A DNA stretch of 64,000 nt from an uncultured Clostridiaceae bacterium (GCA_946493085.1 CAMMAC010000001.1:2593-66592); one strand, 5' to 3'; counted from the first letter of the stretch, positions 38,339 through 48,831 are shown. Numbers and translations: made by a program. Notes: generated from the letters alone by a model not told the origin.

Positions 38339-39280
38339 TTACACTCTCAATTTTTTAATAATTTTAATTTCATCATATAAGCGTTTTTTGACATGTTCTC
38401 TTGTGTCAACAGCAGTGATGTATTCTTCTAAAATTTGATTATAATTGTCAAGCGTTTCCCCTTGTTTCAAAAGAATTTTCATGCCTTCTTCGTAATATTT
38501 CTTTTCAGAATCTTTTTTAACCTTATCTCGTTTTTCACCATATTTGGCAACGGTTTGTAATCTTTTTATTTCATCTTTTAAAAAGTTAATATAGTCCATA
38601 ACGCAAGCAATTTCATAATAAATATCATCAATTACTACCTTAAATAAAGCCTTTAATGCCGTGCTATCAATTTTTCCTACTTTATAATTCTCCCTTAACA
38701 TATCTAAAGCAATTGGTTTTAGATATTCTTCAGGTCTGGCATCTTTAATTAGTTCTTTTAAGGTTTCGGAAATATTAATGTGTGTTGTGTATTGTCTTTT
38801 CGTTACAATAGCATCATATTCGTCGGCTACACGAATAATTTGAGCAACGTAAGGAATATCTTTTTTGGTTAAGCCTTGGGGATAGCCTGTACCATTTAAT
38901 GCTTCATGATGATATAAAGGACCATCTGCATAAGGTCTTAGTTCTAAATCATGCATACATATATCATAACCAAGAGTGGTATGTTTTTTCATGATTTCAT
39001 ATTCTTCAGGAGTTAAAGGACCTGGCTTAGATAAAATTTCATATGGAATTTTCAATTTACCAATATCATGTAAATAGGCACAAATAGTGGCATACACAAT
39101 ATATACTCTTTTAAATTTTAAATATTCACATATTCTACAAACTAGATTGGCTACATTCTCACTATGCCTCCTGGTAAAAGGATCTAAATTTTGTAACATA
39201 GCTAATTGATAACGCATAGTAGCATCTAAATTATAGGATTTTAAATTCGTAGGGCTATAAAAATCAATTTTATCGTTCAT
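38339..39280 (-). CDS. HD-GYP domain protein (putative c-di-GMP phosphodiesterase)
   Basis: HDIGK...HH...GTGYPQG (HD-GYP signature). Confidence 0.75.
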   Translation of the reverse strand: MNDKIDFYSPTNLKSYNLDATMRYQLAMLQNLDPFTRRHSENVANLVCRICEYLKFKRVYIVYATICAYLHDIGKLKIPYEILSKPGPLTPEEYEIMKKHTTLGYDICMHDLELRPYADGPLYHHEALNGTGYPQGLTKKDIPYVAQIIRVADEYDAIVTKRQYTTHINISETLKELIKDARPEEYLKPIALDMLRENYKVGKIDSTALKALFKVVIDDIYYEIACVMDYINFLKDEIKRLQTVAKYGEKRDKVKKDSEKKYYEEGMKILLKQGETLDNYNQILEEYITAVDTREHVKKRLYDEIKIIKKLRV

Positions 39281-39422
39281 AAATTACCTCTTTTGTTTTT
39301 TACTATCATAGCATGACTAGAAAGAAAAAACAAGAGCCTAGCTTGACTTTTCACTAGAGTATCGATATAATTTAAACAAGAAAAAACGACAAAATTTAGG
39401 CAAATAAGTAAAGGTGAAAAAT

Positions 39423-42400
39423 ATGTATTTAAAACGATTAGAATTGCAAGGATTTAAGTCTTTTGCAGATAGAACCGTGCTAGAATTTAGACCTGGTATT
39501 ACATCAGTAATTGGACCAAATGGTTCTGGAAAAAGTAATATATCCGATAGTATCAGATGGGTGCTGGGAGAACAAAGTATGAAATCTTTGAGAGGAAGTA
39601 ACTCTTCTGATATTATTTTTGCAGGAACACAAAATAGAAAATCCTTAGGTTTTGCGGAAGTTTCTATTGTGATTGATAATACAGATGGAAAGCTTCCTAT
39701 TGAATATAATGAGGTAACGGTTACCAGAAAGCTATATAGAAGTGGAGAAACAGGCTATTTTATCAACAAAGCACCATGCCGACTAAAAGATATTCTAGAA
39801 TTATTTATGGATACAGGAATTGGAAAAGATGGCTATTCTATTATTGGGCAAGGCAAGATTGATGAGATTTTAAGTAATAAATCAGAAGATAGAAGAAGAG
39901 TATTCGAAGAAGCTGCTGGAATTGTAAAATATAGAACACGAAAGGCAGAATCAGAGAAAAAACTAGAACAAACGAAATTAAATTTACTGCGCATTAATGA
40001 TATTTTATCGGAAATCGAAGGAAGCCTAGAGCCTTTAAAAATGCAATCAGAAAAGGCAAAAAAATTTTTAGATTTACGTGAAGAGCTAAAAACAGTAGAA
40101 GTGGGGCTATTTTTATACAATATAGAATCTTACAGAGAAAAATTAGAGGCACTTGTAAGAGACGAAGATATTATGCAATCCCAATATGATGCAGAAAATA
40201 CCAAACAAGAAGAGGCAAGTAGGCTAAAAGAAAGACTAAATGAAGAAATTAATCAGATAACACAAAGAATAGAAGAGATGCAAAACGAAAAATTTGAAAG
40301 TAGTAATCAAATTGAAAAAATGAATTCAGAAACCAATGTAGCCAAACAAAGAATGGCTAGCAATGAAGAAAACAGAATACGTTTTGCAGAAGAAATAAAA
40401 GAAGTAGAAACAAGGATACAAGAATTAGAAGAAGAGAAAAAGCAGAAACAAGATAAAAAAGAAAATTTGCAAGATAACCGAAAAAAATTCGAAGAAGAAT
40501 TAACACAAAAAGAAGAGGAATTAAAAGAACTAACCCAAAAGCTATCTCATAAAGAACTAGAAATAGAAGAGAAAAAGAAAGCTGTAGAGGAATATACAAA
40601 CGAGAAATATGAGATGGCAGGAAAAATAAATGCACAAGATATGCAGTGGGAGACCTTGCAAAAAAGACAAAAAGCCTTAAAGCAAGAAATAACAGGAACT
40701 ATTGCAGAATTAGATAGTGCCCGTATGCAAAAACAAGAGCTAAATAAAAACTTTTATGAAATAGAAAAAAATAGAAATGAGACGATAAAAAAACAAGAAG
40801 AAATAGCAAAAGAGCAACAAGAAAGCATGCAAAAAAGAAAAAGTTTTGAGGAAAAAATAAATCAGCTATCTTATGAGATAAGAATGAAACAATCCAGAAA
40901 ACAATTTTTAGAAGAAACGGAAAGAGAAAAAGAAGGCTACAATAAAAGTGTAAAAAGTTTACTGCTTGCTTGTGATAAAGAAGAAAGCTTGCGAAAAGGC
41001 ATGCATGGTGTACTTGCCAATTTAATTTCTGTGCCAAAAGAATATGAAACTGCTATAGAGATGGCTTTAGGAGCTGCTCTTCAAAACATTGTAACAGAAA
41101 CAGAAGAAGATGCGAAAAAGTTAATCCAGTACTTACGTGATAAAAATCTTGGAAGAGCCTCTTTCCTACCAATGACTAGTGTAAAAGCAAGACCTTTAGA
41201 AAATTTAAACCAAAAAGGAATAGAAGGAGTGATTGGCGTAGCATCTAACTTAGTAAGTTGTAAAAAACAATATGAGGGAATTATTTCTAATTTACTAGGA
41301 AAAACCGTCATTGTAGAAAATATGGATTCTGCTATAAAACTTGCCAAACAAAACCATTATGCTTTTCGTATTGTCACATTACAAGGAGATATTTTAAATA
41401 GTTCTGGTAGTATGACAGGAGGAAGTGTAGCCAATAAAACAGTGAACATTTTAGGAAGAGGAAGAGAAATAGAAGAACTAGAAAAGCAGTTACAAGGCAT
41501 GAAACAAGAATTAGAGAAAGAAGAAAAACAAAAACAAGAATATGAAAATGGCAACCAATCCTTGTTAGAAAAAGTAGAAAGTATGCAGAATCAAAGGCAA
41601 GAAATAGAAGCTACTTATGGAGCAGAAAAACAGAAAATAATTGCGATAGAAGAAACTATTCAAAAACTAGAGCAAAGGCTTGCTAAGCAAAAAGAAGAGG
41701 AGGCAAAGTCAGAAGAGCAAAAGACAGAAAATAGAGCAGAAAAACAAAGATTAGAAGCAAGAGTACAAGAAATAGGCAAGGAAATGGAAAAATTACAGCT
41801 AGAAATTGCAGAATTTGTGAAAGTAAATCAAGATAACCAAGCTTATATAGACAATTTAAATTTAGATATCACCAATTTAAAAATATCGGTTTCTTCTTTT
41901 GATGAAAGTAGTCTATCTATGGAAGAAATGATAGAAAGAATTGATCAAGATATACAAAATCAAAAAATTAGTAAGCAAAATAAACAGCAGCAAATAGAAA
42001 AAGCAGTGGAAGAAAATCAAAGTTTGCAAGAAAAAATAAAAGAATTTGAAATAGAAATAGAAAAAATAAATGAGCGTATAACAAATAGTGGAGAAGAAGT
42101 AGAAACTTGCAAACAAACAAGAGTAGAAAAACAACGAAGTTTAAAACAAAAAGAAGAAGAAATACAAAGTCAGTTCAAAGTATTAGAAGACTTAAAAGAA
42201 CAAATTGTAAAAATGGATATCAAGAAAAATAAAATAGAACAAGATATTCAAGATACCATTAATACATTATGGGAAGAATATGAAATAACACCAAATCATG
42301 CAGAAGGCTATCATAAACCAAGTAACGTACAACAAGCAACCAAACAAGTAAATCAGCTAAGAAATGCCATAAGAGATTTAGGAAGCATTAATATAGATTC

Positions 42401-42974
42401 TATAGATGAATATAAAAAGACAAAAGAAAGATATGACTTTATGGCAGAACAACGACTAGACTTAGAAAATGCAGCATCTAATTTGAGAAAAATGATTGCA
42501 GAGATGACAGAAACTATGAAAACACAATTTGCAGAGAAATTTAAGGTAATTAACCAAAATTTTAATGAAGTGTTTGTAGAATTATTTGGTGGAGGAAAAG
42601 CAGAACTTATTTTAGAAGATGAAAATAATATTTTAGAATGTGGTATTGATATTCGCGTACAACCAACAGGAAAAAAACTACAAAATATGATGCTATTATC
42701 AGGTGGAGAAAGAGCTTTTACAGCAATTGCTCTATTATTTGCTATTTTAAAAATTAATCCAGCACCTTTCTGTATCCTAGATGAGATAGAGGCAGCATTA
42801 GACGATGTCAACGTGTATCGATTTGCAGAATACCTAAAAAAATTCAGTAAAGAAACACAATTTTTAGTGATTACCCATAGGAAAGGAACTATGGAATCTG
42901 CAGATGCCGTATATGGTGTAACCATGGAGGAAAATGGTATTAGTAAATTGTTATCTATGAGATTAGGACAATAA
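39423..42974 (+). CDS. smc: Chromosome partition protein SMC
   Basis: N-terminal Walker A GPNGSGKSN. Long coiled coils with a hinge. C-terminal LSGGE signature and Walker B (ILDEIEAALDD). Confidence 0.92.
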   Translation: MYLKRLELQGFKSFADRTVLEFRPGITSVIGPNGSGKSNISDSIRWVLGEQSMKSLRGSNSSDIIFAGTQNRKSLGFAEVSIVIDNTDGKLPIEYNEVTVTRKLYRSGETGYFINKAPCRLKDILELFMDTGIGKDGYSIIGQGKIDEILSNKSEDRRRVFEEAAGIVKYRTRKAESEKKLEQTKLNLLRINDILSEIEGSLEPLKMQSEKAKKFLDLREELKTVEVGLFLYNIESYREKLEALVRDEDIMQSQYDAENTKQEEASRLKERLNEEINQITQRIEEMQNEKFESSNQIEKMNSETNVAKQRMASNEENRIRFAEEIKEVETRIQELEEEKKQKQDKKENLQDNRKKFEEELTQKEEELKELTQKLSHKELEIEEKKKAVEEYTNEKYEMAGKINAQDMQWETLQKRQKALKQEITGTIAELDSARMQKQELNKNFYEIEKNRNETIKKQEEIAKEQQESMQKRKSFEEKINQLSYEIRMKQSRKQFLEETEREKEGYNKSVKSLLLACDKEESLRKGMHGVLANLISVPKEYETAIEMALGAALQNIVTETEEDAKKLIQYLRDKNLGRASFLPMTSVKARPLENLNQKGIEGVIGVASNLVSCKKQYEGIISNLLGKTVIVENMDSAIKLAKQNHYAFRIVTLQGDILNSSGSMTGGSVANKTVNILGRGREIEELEKQLQGMKQELEKEEKQKQEYENGNQSLLEKVESMQNQRQEIEATYGAEKQKIIAIEETIQKLEQRLAKQKEEEAKSEEQKTENRAEKQRLEARVQEIGKEMEKLQLEIAEFVKVNQDNQAYIDNLNLDITNLKISVSSFDESSLSMEEMIERIDQDIQNQKISKQNKQQQIEKAVEENQSLQEKIKEFEIEIEKINERITNSGEEVETCKQTRVEKQRSLKQKEEEIQSQFKVLEDLKEQIVKMDIKKNKIEQDIQDTINTLWEEYEITPNHAEGYHKPSNVQQATKQVNQLRNAIRDLGSINIDSIDEYKKTKERYDFMAEQRLDLENAASNLRKMIAEMTETMKTQFAEKFKVINQNFNEVFVELFGGGKAELILEDENNILECGIDIRVQPTGKKLQNMMLLSGGERAFTAIALLFAILKINPAPFCILDEIEAALDDVNVYRFAEYLKKFSKETQFLVITHRKGTMESADAVYGVTMEENGISKLLSMRLGQ

Positions 42975-42989
42975 TCGACATAAAGATTA

Positions 42990-43021
42990 AAATGTCCATT
43001 TAACCCTGAATTAAATGAGAC
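42990..43021 (+). repeat. REP-like repeat, half copy (AATGTCCATTTAACCCTGAATTAAATGAGAC)
   Basis: Shares the AATGTCCATTTAA...AAATGAGAC arms with the 16962 and 46682 elements. Confidence 0.55.
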
Positions 43022-43040
43022 TTTTTGAATAAAAATTACC

Positions 43041-43070
43041 AAAAGCCCCAGAAGTCTACTGGGGCTTTGG
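43041..43070. terminator. Bidirectional intrinsic terminator (AAAAGCCCCAgaagtctacTGGGGCTTTGG)
   Basis: 7-bp GC-rich stem flanked by A-run and T-run, between smc (+) and the minus-strand genes. Confidence 0.7.
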
Positions 43071-43072
43071 CG

Positions 43073-43321
43073 TTAAGATTTCATATGATAGGCAATTGCG
43101 GCCATAATTTTCATATAGCCGGAATAACTTACCTTGTAAGTTCCAGCCCCTATTTTTTCAATATAAGGCTGAGAACCACTAGTAGAAGAATGTTTTACGC
43201 TATATATAAGTGAAGCAATCTCCTGGTTTATAGTATCAATCAGGGCAGGCTCATCGGTTAATAAGATTGACCGAGAACTACTTTCCACAAAATTGAATCG
43301 AATACTTCTAGTATTGTTCAT
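43073..43321 (-). CDS. Small hypothetical protein (82 aa)
   Basis: ORF with the RBS AAGGAGGATTTTAT on the minus strand. No recognisable motif. Confidence 0.45.
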   Translation of the reverse strand: MNNTRSIRFNFVESSSRSILLTDEPALIDTINQEIASLIYSVKHSSTSGSQPYIEKIGAGTYKVSYSGYMKIMAAIAYHMKS

Positions 43322-43394
43322 ATAAAATCCTCCTTTACATACAAAACTAAAGTTGCATGCTAATGATTATATCACGACTTAACATAAAAATCAA

Positions 43395-43934
43395 CTAAAA
43401 AATCAATTTAGTGACAGCAATAGCAATTAATAGAATACCGGAGATTAAATTCCAGATGTTTTCAGGCAGTCGGGAATTTTTTTGTATTTTTCTGCCAATG
43501 TAGCTACCAAAACTTAAAAAAATCAGTTGGAAAAGAGCAGCTAGTAAAGGAAAAATAAAGGAATGAAACCCAATCATACTGCTTCCTATTCCAATACCAA
43601 TGGCATCCAAAGAAAGAGCTACTCCCAGAAAAATAGCTTCTTTACTATCAATGTGATTAGAATGATCAGAATCAGCATTAGAAGGCTGTGTTATCATCCA
43701 TATTCCTAAAAGAATAAGAAGTAGCGTTCCTATAAGGTTTGTAACACTAGAGGGCAAAAAGGCAGAAATGGCTTTTCCAGTTAATAAAGATAGGCTCGTA
43801 ATAAAAAAAGAAACGAGAAATAAAATCCATTTAGCCCAAAAAGTAATTTGGGTATTTTTCAAGCCATAGGTCATGCCAATACCAAGAGAATCGATACTAA
43901 CACAAATAGCAAGTAAAATAAAACTGCAATACAT
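43395..43934 (-). CDS. mntP: Putative manganese efflux pump MntP (DUF204)
   Basis: 179 aa with 6 TM and two DUF204 half-repeats (SIDSLGIG... / SLDAIGIGIG...). Confidence 0.75.
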   Translation of the reverse strand: MYCSFILLAICVSIDSLGIGMTYGLKNTQITFWAKWILFLVSFFITSLSLLTGKAISAFLPSSVTNLIGTLLLILLGIWMITQPSNADSDHSNHIDSKEAIFLGVALSLDAIGIGIGSSMIGFHSFIFPLLAALFQLIFLSFGSYIGRKIQKNSRLPENIWNLISGILLIAIAVTKLIF

Positions 43935-44056
43935 AGTTATCTAAGTCCTCCTTTGTTAATAATATATGTAAACTAAAAAGATAAGTGAAAAAAGAATATT
44001 ATGGGATAAGCCTTGCATATATATAGGATAAATCATATACAAAGGAGAGGATAAAT

Positions 44057-46703
44057 ATGTGGCATACAAAAGGAATTTCTAAAGTAGAAGAAGAGCTTGG
44101 GACAAGTATTAGGCAGGGCTTATCTGGAAAAGAGGCAAAAGAAAGACTACAAAAGGAGGGACCAAATGAACTGACAAGCAAGAAAAAAGAATCCTTGCTA
44201 GTACGTTTTCTTAAACAATTTAACGACTTTATGATTATTATTTTAATTATAGCATCCATTATTTCAGCAGTAGTAGCAAGCATAGAGGGAAGCGGAGACT
44301 ATATGGATTCCATTATTATTATAGCCATCGTAATAGTGAATGCGATGATGGGAGTTTTACAAGAAGCAAAGGCAGAAAAAGCATTAGAGGCATTAAAGAA
44401 TATGACAGCACCTACGGCAAAAGTAAAAAGAGAGGGAAAGGTACAAACCATACCAGGAATAGAAGTAGTACCGGGAGACGTTATTCTTTTAGAAGCAGGA
44501 AATTACGTGCCAGCAGATGCTAGAATTATAAAAGCATCGAATTTAAAAATAGAAGAAGCTAGCCTTACAGGAGAAACGGTAGCAGTAGAAAAGCAAGAAG
44601 GAATCATTCAGGAAGAAACAATAAGCATAGGGGATATGTATAATATGGTATTCGCCTCTACTATAGTGGTGAACGGACATGGTGAGGCAATTGTAACCCA
44701 AACAGGGATGCATACAAAAGTGGGACAAATTGCTAATATGATTATGGAGGAAGAAGCTCCTCAAACACCAATTCAAAAGAAGTTAGCAGAAGTAGGAAAA
44801 GCCTTAGGAATAGCCTGCTTAGTAATATGCACTCTTATCTTTGTAATAGGGCTATTGAAACAAATATCTCCAATAGAAATGTTTATGACTTCTGTGGGAC
44901 TTGCTGTGGCAGCTATTCCAGAAGGGTTGCCAGCCATTGTTACAATAGTATTATCGATAGGTGTAACAAAAATGGCAAAGAAAAACAGTATTATTAGACA
45001 TCTACCAGCAGTAGAAACATTAGGTAGTAGTAGCGTTATTTGTTCAGATAAAACAGGAACATTAACTCAAAATAAAATGACAGTAAGAGAAGTGTTTACT
45101 ATGGGAAGCACAAAAGAAGAACTAGCCCTTCAGTTTGGAACTATGTGTAGTGATGTAGTAGCAGAAGAAAAAGAAGCAGGACAAGAATTAGTAGGAGAAG
45201 CAACAGAAATTGCTATTGTAAGAGGAGCCATAGAAAAAGGCATTCGAAAAGAAAAATTAGAGAAAGAAGCACCAAGAGTAGCAGATATCCCTTTTGATTC
45301 TAATAGAAAAAGAATGAGTACGATCCATGAAAAAGAAGGACAATATCAAATTGTATGTAAAGGAGCGCCAGATGTTTTATTAGAGAGATGCTCCTATTAT
45401 CAAGACGGAGAAAAAATAAGTAGCCTTACTCCTCACATAAAGGAACAAATAGAAAAACAGAATGAAAAAATGGCAGAAAATGCCCTTAGAGTAATTGCAG
45501 TTGCCTATAAAATGCAAAGCGTGTTACCAAACACAATAAAAAGCGAAGAAATAGAAAATGAGCTTATTTTTGTAGGATTAATAGGCATGATAGATCCTCC
45601 AAGAGAAGGCGTAAAAGAAGCGGTAGCTACTTGCAGAAAAGCAGGAATTAAAACCGTAATGATAACAGGTGACCATGTCATTACTGCCAAAGCCATTGCC
45701 AAAGAGTTAGGCATTTTGAAAAGTGGAGATAAAAGTATTACAGGAGCAGAATTAGAAAAAATATCGCAAAAAGAATTAGAAAAAAATATCATGGGATATT
45801 CTGTTTTTGCAAGAGTATCGCCAGAGCATAAAGTAAGAATTGTAAAAGCTTTTCAGAGTACAGGAGCAGTGGTAGCTATGACAGGAGATGGGGTAAATGA
45901 TGCGCCTGCACTAAAAAATGCAGATATCGGTATTGCAATGGGACAAAATGGCACAGATGTAGCAAAAAACGCGGCAGACATGATATTAGTAGATGATAAT
46001 TTTGTGACAATAGTAGGAGCGGTAAAGCAAGGAAGAAATATTTATGATAATATTAAAAAGGCAATCCATTTCTTAATTGCTACTAATATAGGAGAAATTG
46101 TTACGATTTTTATGGGATTAGTATTAGGATTAAAAACGCCTCTTCTTGCCATTCAGTTATTATGGATAAATTTAGTAACCGATTCTTTCCCAGCCATTGC
46201 ATTAGGACTAGAAAAACCAGAAAAAGATATTATGAGCAAAAAGCCTAGAGATGCCAAAAAAGGTATTTTTGCAGATGGATTATGGAGTAAGATTTTTGTA
46301 GAAGGTATCATGCTTGGTATGCTTACACTATTTGCTTTTAGTATAGGAAACTATCTATTTGGTTTAGAAGTGGGAAGAACAATGGCATTTGTATCATTAG
46401 GAATGTTAGAATTAATCCACAGCTTTAATATAAAAAGTGAAGAAAGTATTTTCAAAATGCGGATTTTTAGAAAACAAATATCTATTGGGAGCCTTTTTAT
46501 TAGGAGCGGCGTTACAAATAGGAGTTGTCGTTATTCCACCACTTGCACAAATCTTTGATGTAGTTCCACTAAATGGAATGCAATGGTTATATACCATAGG
46601 AATTTCGCTGTTACCAATTCCAATTATGGAATTACAGAAAAAATGGAATGAAATAAAATTTGGAAAAGTAGTATATGGGGTGTCCCATTCAAGTCAGGGT
46701 TAA
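44057..46703 (+). pseudogene. P-type (type IIA, Ca2+-like) cation ATPase interrupted by a frameshift near 46450
   Basis: DKTGTLT phosphorylation motif, TGDGVNDAPAL hinge, PEGLP in TM4. The final TM helices continue in another frame (ORF 46437-46703). Confidence 0.8.
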
Positions 46704-46743
46704 GTGAGACATGTCTCAAAAATGTCAGGGATAAGTGGGACAC
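46682..46743 (+). repeat. REP-like composite repeat (full copy) overlapping the 3' end of the ATPase and abutting the type-2 leader
   Basis: GTCCCATTCAAGTCAGGGTTAAGTGAGACATGTCTCAAAAATGTCAGGGATAAGTGGGACAC: internal palindrome GAGACATGTCTC and direct repeats of GTCAGGG(A/T)TAAGTG(A/G)GAC. Confidence 0.7.
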
Positions 46744-46862
46744 ACAAAGAAAAAAGTCGAAAATTATGGAAATAAGTAACCAGTAAAAAAGGAAAAGTAA
46801 AAGAGAAGAAAAAGCAAAGAAAGATATAATCCTCTTTATAAGAAAAAAGCAAGGAGGATAAG
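46744..46862 (+). promoter_or_regulatory. Type-2 leader (copy I) with TATAAT (46825-46830) and an SD-sequestering hairpin (46831-46858)
   Basis: CCTCTTT pairs with AAGGAGG(A) (includes a G-U wobble). Conserved block GTCGAAAATTATGGAAATAAGTAAC at 46756. Confidence 0.55.
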
Positions 46863-48608
46863 ATGATGCAAAAACAAAAGAATAAACAAAAAGGTATTAC
46901 ATTAATTGCATTAGTTGTAACAATTATCGTTTTAATTATACTAGCGGGGGTATCCATTAACATGTTAGTAGGAGATAATGGAATTATAACACAAGCACAG
47001 ATAGCAAAAGAAGAAACTGAACAAACACGCAAGGAGGAATTACAAGAATTAGCAACTTTAGAAACAGCTCTAGAAGAAGCTTCTGGGAATATTTATGTTA
47101 AAGAAGAAGGTGTAAATAAACCAAGGTTGACTACTGGAATGACACCAATTAAATTTATAGATCCCACAGATACAACTAAAGGAAGTGTTGTTATAACTAC
47201 AAGTGAGGATAAAGATTGGTATCAGTATGATGAAAAGAAATGGGCAAATGCCCAAACGGAAGATGGAAGCATGTGGGTATGGATACCAAGGTTTGCATAT
47301 AGAGTAAATGAGAGTACTAAAACTTTTGATGTTGTATTTTTAATAGGAACAACAGATACGTATTATGATAGAAATGGGCAAATACAAACAGCAAAACGTT
47401 GTACGAGTGAAGATGAATTAGTAGATACAAGCACAGGCTATACCGTGCATCCAGCCTTTACAGATGAAACAGACATCAACTTTAGAAACGGAGGATGGGA
47501 TAAAGAAATAACAGGTATATGGGTAGCTAAATTTGAGGCAGGCTATGCTAGTGGAAATAATGGTGCAGAAGTAGTAGCAAGTAGCGTGAACTATAGTCAA
47601 AGTAATGCATGGATAAGAAGTATAGAATTACATGGAAACACTACAACAGGCGATGGAAATGGAAATGCAAGAAACTGGTTAGATGGCATCTATGAAAGTA
47701 CAACAACAGCCATTAAATACCCTGTATTTCAACCAACAACCTATGGTATGAATTATATTAATATAAATGATGCTTATAATATAGCAAAAGTATTAACAGA
47801 GAATGGAAATATCTATGGCTTTAATGGAGCAGCAGACAGCCACTTAATGAAAAATAGTGAATGGGGAGCTTGTGCCTATCTATCCAAGAGTCAATATGGA
47901 TTAAATACAATAGACATAGCTATAAATAATATAACTTTAAATAGTGGAGCAAAACAAAGAACAGAAGCAGCAGGGCAAAATGAGGTAGATAGCGTATATG
48001 CAGTAACAGGCTGTACTACGGGAAATACAACAGGAGAAAAACAAACAACCATAGAAAATATCAATGCAACAACAGGGAATACGGCACTAGATGGAGTATA
48101 TACGTGGGATCAGTTAAATGGAATAAAAGCAAGTTGTACAGGAACTATTTATGGGATATATGATTTAAGTGGAGGTTTAGTGGAAAGAACAACAGGATAC
48201 GTAGCAAATGGAAAAAAAGAATTAAAAAATTATGGAGCATCTTTTACTTATGAAGATGATGTTTTAAAAACAGTTAGTACCAAATATGCAACTGTATATA
48301 TAAATAATAACACAACAGATAATGCTAGTGTAACGGATACACAAGAGCATTTAAATATAGCAAGTACGAATAACTGGCTAGCAAATAAATTAATCTATGG
48401 CGATGCCATCCGAGAGACATCTACACAAGGAACTGGCAATAATTCATGGTATGAAGATGACTCTTACTTCCCAGGACTTTACTATCCGTTTACTATCCGC
48501 GGCGGAAGTTTCAGAGGTATGGATGGACCTGGTCTATTTAATTTCAGCCGTACTAATGCTCCTAGCCATTATGGAGATGGATTTCGTGCAGTTGTAATTG
48601 TGTCGTAA
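46863..48608 (+). CDS. Variable-family protein, copy I (intact, 581 aa): pilin-like anchor plus short conserved module, large unique extracellular region, C-terminus with an FGE/C-type-lectin-like signature
   Basis: N-terminal MMQKQKNKQKGITLIALVVTIIVLIILAGVSINMLVGDNGIITQAQIAKEE. The C-terminal ...GLYYPFTIRGGSFRGMDGPGLFNFSRTNAPSHYGDGFRAVVIVS resembles the RGGSW...GFR ending of FGE-sulfatase / CLec-fold domains. Confidence 0.75.
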   Translation: MMQKQKNKQKGITLIALVVTIIVLIILAGVSINMLVGDNGIITQAQIAKEETEQTRKEELQELATLETALEEASGNIYVKEEGVNKPRLTTGMTPIKFIDPTDTTKGSVVITTSEDKDWYQYDEKKWANAQTEDGSMWVWIPRFAYRVNESTKTFDVVFLIGTTDTYYDRNGQIQTAKRCTSEDELVDTSTGYTVHPAFTDETDINFRNGGWDKEITGIWVAKFEAGYASGNNGAEVVASSVNYSQSNAWIRSIELHGNTTTGDGNGNARNWLDGIYESTTTAIKYPVFQPTTYGMNYININDAYNIAKVLTENGNIYGFNGAADSHLMKNSEWGACAYLSKSQYGLNTIDIAINNITLNSGAKQRTEAAGQNEVDSVYAVTGCTTGNTTGEKQTTIENINATTGNTALDGVYTWDQLNGIKASCTGTIYGIYDLSGGLVERTTGYVANGKKELKNYGASFTYEDDVLKTVSTKYATVYINNNTTDNASVTDTQEHLNIASTNNWLANKLIYGDAIRETSTQGTGNNSWYEDDSYFPGLYYPFTIRGGSFRGMDGPGLFNFSRTNAPSHYGDGFRAVVIVS

Positions 48609-48831
48609 ATGTTTCATGTAAATGAGCCTTGTGAAGTAATAAATAGAAAATTATTTAATCAGCATATAAAAATAGTAAGGTAATGGACAACCTTACTATT
48701 TTTGTTTCTCGCTAAAAATAATTATTCTTTAAAATTATTCTCTTCAACTCATTAAGAAAACATTCATAAAAATAGCATTGCATACTAAGAAAAAAAATGC
48801 TACAATGAGGCTAGAAGAAGAGAGGATTTTT

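Noticed and set aside
43935-44056. yybP-ykoY manganese riboswitch upstream of mntP
   Set aside because: The minus-strand leader lacks the conserved GGGGAGUAG / GUCUUA elements of the riboswitch. The region looks like a simple divergent promoter.
46863-48608. Diversity-generating retroelement (DGR) targeting the FGE/CLec-like C-terminus of copy I
   Set aside because: No reverse-transcriptase ORF was recognised, and no template repeat matching the 3' end was found in the window. The observed variation involves whole C-terminal domains rather than adenine-specific point differences. This is kept as a low-probability check in the findings.
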